Positions 1 through 10,864 of a DNA stretch of 64,000 bases are shown here, piece by piece. Origin of the DNA: Phycisphaeraceae bacterium (lineage in GTDB: Bacteria > Planctomycetota > Phycisphaerae > Phycisphaerales > Phycisphaeraceae). The stretch lies in contig OY771506.1 in NCBI GenBank assembly GCA_963674705.1, positions 4,736,001 to 4,800,000 of the forward strand, read 5' to 3'. A model generated the notes under the pieces. The model was not told the DNA's origin and made no database searches. It saw only the letters and a program-made list of their open reading frames with translations. The stretch's first letter is position 1, and the number at the start of each line of letters is the position of its first letter. Made by a program: the position numbers and the translations under genes.

Positions 1-1
1 T

Positions 2-634
2 GTCCTGATTACACCCGATCTGCCTGAAACTGCGGTCATCAGTGACTTTGAGTTGACACCCGATGGCACAAAGATTGTGTACCTCGCTGATCAGGATACC
101 CCGGGGACACAAGAGCTTTACGTAGCCGGTTTCCCGCTAGCACATCTTGCTGCGGGTATAGATGTCACCGGTGAAGTGACGGGCGGCGTTGGTTTTGGTG
201 GAGGGCTTGGTTTTAGCTTCGATCAGGTCGACAGTCCCGGCACATTCCGGGCCGAGTTCTTCCGAACCTCGCTGACAGACTTGGAGCCCGGCCTGGCTTC
301 CGAGATCGACTTCCTTTTGCCGGGAGACACCGCACAACTTTGGGATATGAGTTATGGCGGTGGATTCACAGGCTCGGTGAGATTGACCTTTACATACGAT
401 GAGAGCCTGTTGGGACCGGGCGTGAACGAATCCCAGTTGGGTATCTATCACCGACTCAGCGATGGTTTATTCGAGCAATTGACCGTGCTGGACCGGGACT
501 TTGACAATAACACGGTGACTGTGGCAACCGACAGTTTCTCGAACTTCGTCCTCGGCGTCGTTCCCGAGCCGGGTAGTGTGGTCTTGTTGTCGGGTTTGTG
601 TTTGATACTGACTTCACGGAGGAGCGTTTTATGA
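2..634 (+). CDS. PEP-CTERM surface protein, beta-propeller array member 1 (5' partial)
   Basis: Frame is open from position 2 (VLITPDLPETAVISDFELTPDGTKIVY...). TPDG propeller motif, a C-terminal beta domain shared with members 2 and 3, and a VPEP + hydrophobic helix + RR tail. Confidence 0.85.
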   Translation, partial: VLITPDLPETAVISDFELTPDGTKIVYLADQDTPGTQELYVAGFPLAHLAAGIDVTGEVTGGVGFGGGLGFSFDQVDSPGTFRAEFFRTSLTDLEPGLASEIDFLLPGDTAQLWDMSYGGGFTGSVRLTFTYDESLLGPGVNESQLGIYHRLSDGLFEQLTVLDRDFDNNTVTVATDSFSNFVLGVVPEPGSVVLLSGLCLILTSRRSVL

Positions 635-2624
635 GTTCATTGGCTATTGTTTTCGCGATTCCCCGATCAATGAAGTTTGGTTTCACGGCCTGTTTATTCA
701 TTTTAGCGTGGCTTGCGTTCTGTCCATCGGCATGGGCGGGGTCCGGGATATACCTTGGAAGTTATGGGAAAACCGCGTTTACCAACGATCAGTCTTCTGC
801 TTTGATCAACACGGGCAGTAATATTGCCCGCTTGCCGTTTGCTACCGGCGTGCTTGAACCTGTTATCCCGCCCGACATGATTGATGGTGACAAAGAGCTC
901 TACGATTATGATGTACCAAGAACGGGTGATCTGATCGTCTATACCGTGGGTAATCACAATCAGTTGCAGGACCTGTATTCGATCTCTTTGAACGGCGGGA
1001 CGCCTGTCAAGCTGGACAGTATGTTCTTTAATTATAATCCAGCAAAGTCTCCGATCCTGCCTGATGGCAGCGGTGTGGTGTATTTCCGTGATGGTGATTT
1101 AATGCTTCAGCCGACCGCGGGTGGCGATCCCGTCATTATGGTGGATGGTATTGCCAGAGATACGAACATCACATTCAGCGCCGACGGCGGCACGATGTAC
1201 TACGATTCTCATACAGGCTCATGGCCTAACTATATCTATACCATTCGCGGCATTGAGTTACCTGACGGCGAACCGGAGTATTTAGGAACGTCATCTGCTG
1301 CGGTGACGGCCGGATTTTCAGCCCGGACGGCTCACTCTATATCACCGGTGAACAACCCCGTGTGTATTCACTTGATGGCAGCTTGACGAATGGCTATCGG
1401 TTTGAAGGCAGTATCGACGCTTATGACCTTGGGCCCGAAAGCCTGGCGCCGGACCAATCGCGGTTTGTCTTTACAACGAGGTTGGTAGATGGGTATCCCT
1501 ACACGTACGAACTCTACAGCGCGCCGATCGATGGTAGCGAGGCGGAGGTCAGGCTGCATCGTGAGGTCGCATCTGAAATACATATTGAATTAGCCGGCAT
1601 CACTTCTGACAGTCAGTCCGCGGTGATCTGTGGTGACATCTACGGCAACGGGACGGAAGACATCTACCGCACACCACTAGCAGGTGGCGACCCGGTTCTG
1701 CTCAGCCCTTCGTTTGAACCCGATACCACGACTACTGTTTATGGTTTGGGCTACGGCGACATGGCGGTCTATTGCGCGACCCTTGCCGACTCCACGAAGA
1801 TGGCGATATACAGCGTGCCTGTCAGTGGCGGTCCATCAACAGAGTTGAATACGGGATTAAACCTTACCACCTGGCCCCGCGCCGAGGTTACGCCGGATAG
1901 GCACTTTGTGTTATTCGAGGCCGATGATTCACATGGCATGCGAAATATATACGCGGTGTCTGTTCTGGGGGGCGACCCTGTAGCGATCATGGAAGCTTAC
2001 GATCCGAAGTATGATGCCGACTTCTATCCCGGCTTGCAGTTTTCATCCGACGGCAGACGTGTCATTTACGAGCTGGATGATTCAACAACCAATGGTGTTT
2101 ACTACAACAAAACCTATGTGGCTGGGATCCCCTTAGCACATGTTGACCAGGGCGTTTCAGTTGAAGGCAGCATCACCGGCGGCGCCGGATTCATCGGCGG
2201 GATCGATTACGTATTCGATGCTGTGTTAACAGAAGGCGTTTTCAAGGCTGAATACTTCCGGACGCCAATAGATGAGTTGGATACCGGCCTGGTCGGTTCG
2301 GCCAGCTTCGTCCTGCCCGGCGATACCCTTCAGTACTGGGACCTCGCGATGCGAGGCGTGTTCGAAGGCCAAGTCGTGCTGACATTCACCTACGATGAAA
2401 ACCTGCTCAGTGCCGAGATCGCGGAAGCGGAGCTGGGCATCTATCACCAGTTTGCGGATGGGTCTTTCGAGTTGCTGCAGGTACTTGATCGTGATTTGGA
2501 CAATAACACGATCACCGTTTCCACTGGAGGTTTTTCAAACTTCGTTCTCGGCGTCGTTCCAGAGCCGGGGAGCATCACGTGCCTGGTGTTGTTGTCCGCA
2601 AGTTGCTTGATGAAACGCCGATGA
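631..2624 (+). pseudogene. PEP-CTERM beta-propeller protein, member 2, split by a frameshift near 1285-1290
   Basis: ATG at 631 overlaps the upstream stop (ATGA), with GGAGG upstream. Signal peptide ...AWA|GSGIY. After PEYLG the propeller sequence continues in another frame (NVICCGDGRIFSPDGSLYITGEQPRVYSLDG) into ORF 1362-2624, which ends VPEPGSITCLVLLSASCLMKRR. Either a real pseudogene or an assembly indel. Confidence 0.75.
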
Positions 2625-2683
2625 GTCGACCGAAGCGAAGTAAGCCGTTATCTATTCGCGATATTGACAGAAGGATCAAGATA

Positions 2684-4590
2684 ATGCGTTCATATATAGA
2701 ACCGGGAGCCGTATTGAAACCAGTGGTCTTCTGCCTATGTCTTCTTGCGATGCACGCATCGGCCATGGCGGGATCGAGTATACGCATCAATCCCAGGCCT
2801 GAACCGCACCCGAACACCTGCGGCTTCAGCTTTGACTTCAGTAAAGACGGGAAGTCAATCATTCTCGTAGACCGGGGTATTCTTTATCGCATGCCTTTCC
2901 AGACAGGGAGCCTGGATCCGCTAGGCCCTGACGATGTCTACGAATTCAAGCTAGGTGTACGATCATCTATAGCGCAGGAGCACACAACTCGAGCCAGGAT
3001 GTTTACGCCTTGAACATCGATGAAGGGACATCCGTCGATCTGGGGTTTAACGTCTACAACGGTTTGTATGGAACCTTCCTGACCCCGGATGGAGATGCCG
3101 TCATCGATCACAACGACGGGCAGATCATTCGGCAGCCTATCGACGGTAGCGCGCCGACTGTGCTTGTTACAGACACAGGCTATGCAAGCAGTTTCCTGCT
3201 GACGCCGGACGGGAGCCAAGTCGTATACCAATACAACGCGAGCGGCGAGACCAGCCGGTTATACCGGATACCCGCCACCGGGGGGACACCGGTCGAGTTG
3301 CCGATGTACACTTCTCTTTCAACAACATCCATAAGCCCGGATAGCTCATTACTGATCGATCGCGATGGTTGGATCATCCCGCTTGATGACAGCGGACCGG
3401 TGGTGAATCTGTATGGCGGGCGTGTGTTAAGCGATGTCAACCTGACATCAGACATGTCGCGCCTGATATTTACGAGGTCCAACAAGTCTTACATCATCCC
3501 AACCGATGGCAGTTCGCCCGAGACTGAGCTTCAGCCTTCGGTGTCACGAACAGTTCCGTACTATGTGACGCCGGACGATCAGTACGCCGTCATACAGGAA
3601 ACGAGCGGCAGTCTTATCCGCTGGCACTTGTCGCCACTTGACGGAGGTGCGTCGACTCAACTGGGTGCTGATATCACTTCGAGCACCTGGGTACCATATG
3701 TTGGTGTCACCTCACAAGGCGACCTGATCTATCGGGCGCATCTAGACGGTGAGGATACTCCCAGGATCTATAGTGTTCCGCTGACTGGTGGAGATGCCAC
3801 CGCGATCTCTCAGCCGGATATGACCATGCTCTATCAAGCCGCGGCCATGAGTCCCAACGGGGATGTGGTGGTTTATCAAGCGGTTAATCCCGACGGGCGG
3901 GCCAATCTCTACGCCGTCTCTGCGCTTGGCGGCGACCCGGTCCCACTCTCCGAAGACTTCAAAGAAAACTACCAGGTCAAACACTGGACGCAATTGTGGT
4001 TTTCTCCCGACGGGAAGAGACTCATCTACACAATTAATGTTACAAACACGAACGCCTGCTACGCGGAAACATACATGACAGGTATTCCCTTGGCCTTGAT
4101 CGATGCCGGCACAGGAGCAACAGGCAGCGTCGTCGGCGGGACGGGGTTTCTCGGCGGGATTGATTACCTATTCGACCGGGTAGAGTCGACCGGTACTTTG
4201 CGGGCCGAATACTTCCGCACGGCGGAAGCCGACCTTGACCCGGACCTCGCGGCCGCGATCGACTTTGCACTTACAGGCGAAACCGCACAGCTCTGGGATA
4301 TGGGCTTCGACGGTTCCTTCACCGGGCCGATCACCCTTACCTTCACCTACGATCCCGCCCTGCTTGGTCCGGACATCAACGAGGCGCTGCTGGGTATTCA
4401 GCATCAGTTGCCCGATGGCTCGTTTGTGTTGCTGCCGGTACTGGATCGTGATTTGGACAATAACACGATCACCGTTTCCACTGATGGTTTTTCGAGCTTT
4501 GTGTTGTGCGTTGTGCCTGAGCCGGGGACTTTGATACTTCTTCTGCCTTTTAACATGCTGCTTGCCATTCGGAGGAGATACGAATGTTGA
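2684..4590 (+). pseudogene. PEP-CTERM beta-propeller protein, member 3, split by a frameshift near 2950-2960
   Basis: Signal peptide ...AMA|GSSIRI in ORF 2579-3013. The frame of ORF 3010-4590 extends upstream as TIIYSAGAHNSSQDVYALN, matching member 2 LIVYTVGNHNQLQDLYSIS. Ends VPEPGTLILLL...RRR. Confidence 0.75.
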
Positions 4591-6176
4591 AAATGTCATC
4601 GGTAATACATGCGCTTTCAAAAAGCACGGCTATTGTTGGTCTGGCTGCCGTGTTTGTTGCCTCGGCTTCGGTGTTTGCGGGTTCGAGTATCCGGCTTAGC
4701 CCGGACCTGGCGGACGGGCAAGAAGTCCGCTACTTCAGAAGTTCCGAAGATGGTTCGCACGTGGCGTTCATAACAAGGGGAGGTGGCATCGACCCAGCCA
4801 TCTACAACTGCGCGATCGATGGGTCATCGGCCATACCCATCGCAGATCAAGTGCCCGACCTGACGAGTCTGCATGGTTTTTCTCATAACGGCCAGTACTT
4901 GCTGGTCAGTACATATTACTCCGACCATGGAAACAGGGGCGACATCTATTCCGTCCCGACCTCGGGCGGAACCCCCATCATGATCAACGGCCCGTACCCG
5001 CTGCGTATCGATGAAGGCAGCCCGCAGATCAATGCAGACGATTCGCGTGTCATTTTCATGTCTCCACCCGACGCGGACAATATGCAGATATACAGTGCGC
5101 CGTTCCTGGGTGGTCAGCCCCCGGCGCCGATCAGCGATCCCGTGGGACCCGGTACGGAAGTTGATCACACTTCCCCGATTCTTTACTCGTCCAGCACCGA
5201 TCGGGTTATATTCAACAACAGAGAGACTTCGAGTTACTTATACGTCGGGACATATTCACGAGCAGCCGATGGCAGCGGCGAGCAGATCAAGCTACACCCC
5301 GAGACGATAATCAGTAACAACTTCAATCCGATGGTCCTCACACCGGACGGTTTGCAGGTGATCTTCGAGGGTCAGCCTGCCGGGATAGGCGGTCAACATC
5401 TCTACCTAGCACCTGTGGATGGTGGAAGCGATCCGACACAACTGACAGATCGGAGTTACGGGAGCTATCATGGCATCGAAGTCACTCAGGATGGATCCAA
5501 AGTCGTGTTCATCGCCAACAGTGAACTCTACAGCGTACCCATCGACGCGGCAACCATCCCCATCCAATTAACTGCTTCCCTCGGGTCTTCAATCAGGTTT
5601 ACATCCGAGGCTTTTGTCGCGCCGACCGGTGACAACGTGGTTTTCCGCGCGTATTCAGACAGCGATTTGATCTATGAGTTGTACAGTGTGCCTGTCACAG
5701 GCGGGACTGCGGTGAAGCTGAGCGACTTAAATGCATCAAACACCGGCGTGAAAAAGGAAAGCACCTTAATCAGCCCGGACGGCAGCCTTGTCCTGTTCCG
5801 CGCTGATAACAGTAATCAGGATCTTTACAGCGTGTCGATCCTCGGCGGCCAGGCGATTCAGTTGGGCACAATGGGCGGCGGAAAGATCGGTGATAAGGTT
5901 CTGTTTACCGCCGATGGTAAGTGGGTCATATATAAGCAGAATGTCGGCGGCGAGAGGCTCTGGACCGTACCGGTCGAAGGTGGCGAACCCATCCCCTTGA
6001 CAGATATCGGCGTGATCGACGACTTCGACCTCACTCCCGACGGCACGCACCTGCTCTACGTCGGCACGAACAGCACGACGCAGGAGTACGGCCTGTTCGC
6101 CCTGCCCATCCCCGAGCCGAGCACGCTGCTTATCTCTACGGCATTCATGAGTATGTTGATGAGCCGGCGGAAGTAG
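4584..6176 (+). CDS. PEP-CTERM beta-propeller (TolB/PD40-like repeat) protein, member 4
   Basis: Signal peptide ...VFA|GSSIRL; repeated (S/T)PDG...LYSVP..GG blades; IPEPSTLL...RRK tail; lacks the extra C-terminal domain of members 1-3. Confidence 0.88.
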   Translation: MLKMSSVIHALSKSTAIVGLAAVFVASASVFAGSSIRLSPDLADGQEVRYFRSSEDGSHVAFITRGGGIDPAIYNCAIDGSSAIPIADQVPDLTSLHGFSHNGQYLLVSTYYSDHGNRGDIYSVPTSGGTPIMINGPYPLRIDEGSPQINADDSRVIFMSPPDADNMQIYSAPFLGGQPPAPISDPVGPGTEVDHTSPILYSSSTDRVIFNNRETSSYLYVGTYSRAADGSGEQIKLHPETIISNNFNPMVLTPDGLQVIFEGQPAGIGGQHLYLAPVDGGSDPTQLTDRSYGSYHGIEVTQDGSKVVFIANSELYSVPIDAATIPIQLTASLGSSIRFTSEAFVAPTGDNVVFRAYSDSDLIYELYSVPVTGGTAVKLSDLNASNTGVKKESTLISPDGSLVLFRADNSNQDLYSVSILGGQAIQLGTMGGGKIGDKVLFTADGKWVIYKQNVGGERLWTVPVEGGEPIPLTDIGVIDDFDLTPDGTHLLYVGTNSTTQEYGLFALPIPEPSTLLISTAFMSMLMSRRK

Positions 6177-6221
6177 TCGCGCGGGTTGCTGTGCGGGGCA
6201 ATATCCCGATCATATGAACGT

Positions 6222-8201
6222 ATGAGTAACTGGACATCACGAGCCGAGTTGATCCGCGCTATAGTGTTGATCGCCGTGACGGTGGTTGCATTCCTGCCGG
6301 CGGTGCGGGCGGGATACATCTGGGATGATGATGACCACGTTTATAACAATCCTACGCTCCGCTCGGTCGAGGGGCTTGGACGGATCTGGACCGAGATCGG
6401 TGCGACGCCGCAGTACTACCCGCTGACGCACACGACATTCTGGCTGGAGTATAGACTTTGGGGTGATGCACCGGCTGGGTATCACATCAATAACATTCTG
6501 CTGCACGTAATCGTTTCACTTTTGCTTTGGCGCGTGCTGGTTTTATTGAATGTTCCCGGGGCGTGGTTGGCGGCGGCTGTGTTTGCGGTGCATCCGATGC
6601 AGGCTGAGTCGGTTGCATGGATCACAGAGCGAAAGAACATGTTGTCGGGGGTGTTTTACATAGCATCGGCGTGGGCGTTTCTTCGTTGGGTATTGCCGCG
6701 TGTGGATCAGCCTGATAAACCCCGGGCAGGCGGTTTATACGTACTAGCGCTGCTTTTATACCTGTTTGCATTGACGAGCAAGACGATCACTTGCACTTTG
6801 CCGGCCGCGTTGCTTGTCGTACTTTGGTGGAAGCATGGGAAGCTTGCCCGGCGGGAAGTGCTGGCGGTGTTGCCTATGTTTATGCTTGGGTTGGGCTTTG
6901 CCATTGTGACGGTGCTGATGGAACAGCACGTGGTCGGCGCGAAAGGCGGCGAGTGGGAGTATTCGCTGGTCGAACGCGGGCTTATCGCGGGACGTGCGTT
7001 GTGGTTTTATCCGATGAAGTTTGTCTGGCCGTGGCCTTTGATTTTTATCTACCCCAAATGGCCGGTTGAATCCGGGGCTGTGTGGCAGTACTTACTTCCA
7101 ATCGCGGCGATGGTAACTTTCATCACACTCTGGTTACTAAGACGAAGGATCGGTCGGGGGCCTGCAGCGGTAGCGGCATTTTATGCGATCACGATCTCGC
7201 CGGCGTTGGGTTTCTTTAACGTGTACCCGATGCTGTTTTCGTTCGTGGCAGACCACTTCAGTTACCTGGCGTGCATCAGCCTGGCAGTGGGATTGGTCGG
7301 CGGCGGGTCGGTGTTGGCTCAACGGCTGAAAATGGTGAGGCCGGCAAGTGTTTTGGCGCTGTTGGTTGTGGGTGTCTGTAGTGTTTTTTCCGCGCAGCGA
7401 TGCCTTGCGTTGCATGACGCCGAGACACTCTGGCATGACACATTGGCGAAGAATCCCAGTGCGTGGATGGCGCATAACAACCTGGGGTTGATTCATATGA
7501 ACCGTGGGGAATACGACCTGGCTCGGGAGCACTTCCAGCAGGTTTTGGATTTGAGGCCAAACGCGGTGCGTGCGATGAACAACCTGGGCAGCCTTTCGCT
7601 TATGGCAGGTCATATCGAACAAGCCCAGGATTACTTCGAGCAGACGGTCAAGCTTGAGCCGGACTTCGTCGGAGCCAGGCTCAACTTGTCTAAGACACTA
7701 TTGAGCTTAGGTCAAGCGCAGCCGGCATCAGAAAACTACCTGCATGCCTTGGAAGTTGATCCGATGGTGGCTGTAATTGAAGAACAGCTCGCCTTGATTT
7801 TACTGAACACACTTAATGGTCCTGATGCCGACGAGTTTTTCAATCGTGCGATCATAGCCCGGCCTGACTGGGTTATGCTTATCAACGAAATGGCGTGGCT
7901 GCTGGCAACGGATGATACAAGTAACAGTCAAAACATAATACGTGCTCTAAAACTCGCCGCACAAGCCGCCGACCTGAGCGGTTATACCGATCCGAATATT
8001 CTGGATACACTTGCAGCAGCTTATGCGGCAAACGGCGAATACGCAGAAGCCATCGCAAATGCCCAGAAGGCTAAGGATTTGGCGGAAACTAACGGCGACT
8101 CTGAATTGTCGAAGGAAGTCTCTCGTCGCCTCAACTCATACCAACAACTTCTGAACAATCCGCCGCATCCTTCCCATATCACACCATCAACGGATAACTG
8201 A
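6222..8201 (+). CDS. TMTC-like membrane glycosyltransferase (GT-C) with C-terminal TPR repeats
   Basis: IWDD motif after the first TM helix, YYPL, N..LH, HP..ESVAWI.ERK, multiple TM segments, TPRs (AHNNLG, MNNLG) and the LDTLAAAYA motif. Start could be 6186. Confidence 0.85.
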   Translation: MSNWTSRAELIRAIVLIAVTVVAFLPAVRAGYIWDDDDHVYNNPTLRSVEGLGRIWTEIGATPQYYPLTHTTFWLEYRLWGDAPAGYHINNILLHVIVSLLLWRVLVLLNVPGAWLAAAVFAVHPMQAESVAWITERKNMLSGVFYIASAWAFLRWVLPRVDQPDKPRAGGLYVLALLLYLFALTSKTITCTLPAALLVVLWWKHGKLARREVLAVLPMFMLGLGFAIVTVLMEQHVVGAKGGEWEYSLVERGLIAGRALWFYPMKFVWPWPLIFIYPKWPVESGAVWQYLLPIAAMVTFITLWLLRRRIGRGPAAVAAFYAITISPALGFFNVYPMLFSFVADHFSYLACISLAVGLVGGGSVLAQRLKMVRPASVLALLVVGVCSVFSAQRCLALHDAETLWHDTLAKNPSAWMAHNNLGLIHMNRGEYDLAREHFQQVLDLRPNAVRAMNNLGSLSLMAGHIEQAQDYFEQTVKLEPDFVGARLNLSKTLLSLGQAQPASENYLHALEVDPMVAVIEEQLALILLNTLNGPDADEFFNRAIIARPDWVMLINEMAWLLATDDTSNSQNIIRALKLAAQAADLSGYTDPNILDTLAAAYAANGEYAEAIANAQKAKDLAETNGDSELSKEVSRRLNSYQQLLNNPPHPSHITPSTDN

Positions 8202-8285
8202 AGAATAATTCAACATTCGCCATGACATAGCTTAATCTGTGGTTGCACGCAAATATTCGGCATGTCCCGCTGGGATTCGGATTCA

Positions 8286-10793
8286 TCATCCCCTTGAACG
8301 TGCAAGGCATGGTTTTTCATCATCAAGTATACGGTATGTCAAGACTTTCAACTGATCTTCGAAGACAAACCATACCAGCGCGTATCCCCAGACCAATAGC
8401 GCTAATCGCCAACCCAATGCCGGCATGAAGAGGCCATAGACCGCAATCAGCGTTGCAATGATCTGGGTCCCCACAACTGCCGCCACTAGAAGCATTGACG
8501 GCCGGTCGGCCCAGAATCGTTTCGAGGTGCGTGCCAGGAAGATTGTCAAGTGGCCCGCCACGGATAACTTCAAGTACATCAGCGTCTGGATGGTGTCATG
8601 ATTCAGCGTCAATACACGCTCGCCGATGTAGAACATGCCAAACGATTCGATGACGCCGACGACTCCGAGCACGGTCGCGATCCCCAGAACGCGGCGCATA
8701 TTCCACGCCTCCGGCATCGAAGAGCCTTGGGCGCGGTCGTAGGCAATCGACAGGATTGCGCCATCGTTCAGTAACGCAAGAAGCACGATCATGACGGCAG
8801 TCACAGGATAGAAGTCAAAGACGAGGATCGACAGAGTCATGAACAATAACACGCGGATCGTTTCAGAGATCCGGTAGATCGCGTAGCTGTTCATACGCTG
8901 GAAGATCTTGCGGGCTTCCTGGATGGCATCAATGATGACAGACAATCCCGGGCTTAAAAGAACGATGTCGGCGGCCGATCGTGCCGCATCGGTCGCGCCT
9001 GAGACCGCAACACCCGCGTCCGCCTTTTTCAAGGCTGGTGCATCGTTCACACCGTCTCCGGTCATCCCGACGATATGTCCACGCTGTTGAAGCACATCGA
9101 CGATGTGGTACTTATGCTCGGGCCAGACTTCTGCGAACCCGTCCGCATGTTCTATCGCATCAGACAACTGCCCGGCTTCGTGATGAGCCGTGTTCGCAAA
9201 ACTCTGGGCATTAACGATATTGGTGCCCAGCCCAAGCTGTTCCGCCACCTCACGTGCGATAGCTTGCTGATCACCGGTAACCATCTTCAGCTTCACACCC
9301 ATTGCGCGTGCAGCATCTATGGTTGATTTTGAATCTTCTCGAGGTGGATCGAATAAGGGCAGCACACCTAGGAACCGCCACCGTCCATCTTCATCGGCCC
9401 GGGCCACGCCCAATGACCGGTAACCGCGCCCGGCAAAGTCATTGATCGCGTCCTCGGCCTCCTGCTTGACCTGCCCATCTACTTTGGCCAAGGATAAAAT
9501 AACTTGCGGCGCTCCTTTAGATACGCGGAATGTATCACGGCCCTGTGCTTGGACAGTCGCTTCGGTTCTTTTTGATTCCGGATCGAAGGGTTTATAGTGA
9601 TTGACGTGGTAGCCACGGAGCTTGTCCGCATGATCGATTGCCTTGAGCACGGTCAGGTCGATCGGGTCCTGGTCTTCTTCACGTGACGCCAAAGCGGCCG
9701 CGAGCAGAACATCATCTTTGGTAGTTGTCCCGACGAGGTAAGGTTCACCAAGATTGAGCTGGTTCTTTGTCAGGGTGCCGGTCTTGTCGGAACAGAGCAC
9801 ATCGATACCGGCCATCTCTTCGATCGCAGCCAGCCTGCGGACGACGGCTTCTTTTTTCGATAATAACCGGGCGCCTACCGCCATCGTCACCGAGAGGACG
9901 GTTGGCATCGCAACCGGGATCGCTGCAACGGTTAACACCAATGAGAACCGCAGCAATGTGACTAAATGGTCCCAACTCTTGAAGTACACCGGTCCATGCC
10001 TGAATAACTCTGAAAGAATAATCAGACTGATCATCGCCGCTGCGAGAACTATCAGGAAGTCACCGACCTTGAGCACCGCCTTCTGGAAGTGACTAACTGT
10101 TTGTGCCTCTTGGACCAGACTGGCAGTCTTTCCATAATACGTAGCCGATCCTGTCGCAGACACGACAGCATCGCTTTCCCCCCTCTTGATGATTGATCCG
10201 GAATAGACGGTCTGACCTTTGGTACGTTCGATGGGCAATGACTCGCCGGTTAACGCCGACTGATCGATCTGCATGGTATCTGCTTCAAGCAGCACAGCAT
10301 CTGCGGGAACAATATCGCCAAGACGCAGACGTAATAAATCACCGGGTACTATCCTGTCGGCCGCGATCTTTTCCCATACACCGCCCCGCATCACTCGTGC
10401 ATATAAGGCCAACCTTTTTTTCAGCGCTTCGATGGCTGTATCCGCGTGATACTCTTCCCAGAATCCGACAACCGCATTGAGCACCAGTAAGGCCGTAATG
10501 ATCCCAAAGTCTTCCCAGTGCTGAACGACCGCGGAGAGAATAGCCGCGGCCTCTATCATCCACGGTATCGGTCCCCAGAAGTATGAAAGAAGCTTGCGCC
10601 ACGCGCTAGGGCCGACAATCTCGATCGTATTAAGCCCGTACTGATCCAAGCGTTGTTTCGCCTGCTGATCTGTCAGACCGTCGCGCGTGACATCAAGCTT
10701 CCGGAGTAGATCTTCAATGGACGGATCGGCCGTGGTTCCGGCGGTCCCGTCCGAATGTGTGTTTGCTGATGTTTGTGACATTGTCGCAATCAT
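8286..10793 (-). CDS. Plasma-membrane proton-efflux P-type ATPase (P3A)
   Basis: TGES, IPVAMP (TM4), DKTGTLT, KGAP, DPPR, TGDGVND and the P3A-type TM6 ALLNDG..LSIAYD. Confidence 0.95.
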   Translation of the reverse strand: MIATMSQTSANTHSDGTAGTTADPSIEDLLRKLDVTRDGLTDQQAKQRLDQYGLNTIEIVGPSAWRKLLSYFWGPIPWMIEAAAILSAVVQHWEDFGIITALLVLNAVVGFWEEYHADTAIEALKKRLALYARVMRGGVWEKIAADRIVPGDLLRLRLGDIVPADAVLLEADTMQIDQSALTGESLPIERTKGQTVYSGSIIKRGESDAVVSATGSATYYGKTASLVQEAQTVSHFQKAVLKVGDFLIVLAAAMISLIILSELFRHGPVYFKSWDHLVTLLRFSLVLTVAAIPVAMPTVLSVTMAVGARLLSKKEAVVRRLAAIEEMAGIDVLCSDKTGTLTKNQLNLGEPYLVGTTTKDDVLLAAALASREEDQDPIDLTVLKAIDHADKLRGYHVNHYKPFDPESKRTEATVQAQGRDTFRVSKGAPQVILSLAKVDGQVKQEAEDAINDFAGRGYRSLGVARADEDGRWRFLGVLPLFDPPREDSKSTIDAARAMGVKLKMVTGDQQAIAREVAEQLGLGTNIVNAQSFANTAHHEAGQLSDAIEHADGFAEVWPEHKYHIVDVLQQRGHIVGMTGDGVNDAPALKKADAGVAVSGATDAARSAADIVLLSPGLSVIIDAIQEARKIFQRMNSYAIYRISETIRVLLFMTLSILVFDFYPVTAVMIVLLALLNDGAILSIAYDRAQGSSMPEAWNMRRVLGIATVLGVVGVIESFGMFYIGERVLTLNHDTIQTLMYLKLSVAGHLTIFLARTSKRFWADRPSMLLVAAVVGTQIIATLIAVYGLFMPALGWRLALLVWGYALVWFVFEDQLKVLTYRILDDEKPCLARSRG

Positions 10794-10864
10794 TTTGATC
10801 GCTCCCGATCAGAGCAAAGTCAGATTAAACAAGGCCAATTTGACCTGCGGATAAGGAATCATGC

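Noticed and set aside
1..6176. Diversity-generating retroelement acting on the paralog array
   Set aside because: No reverse transcriptase in the window and no non-coding template repeat; the shared segments lie within coding paralogs and I saw no adenine-specific mismatch pattern.
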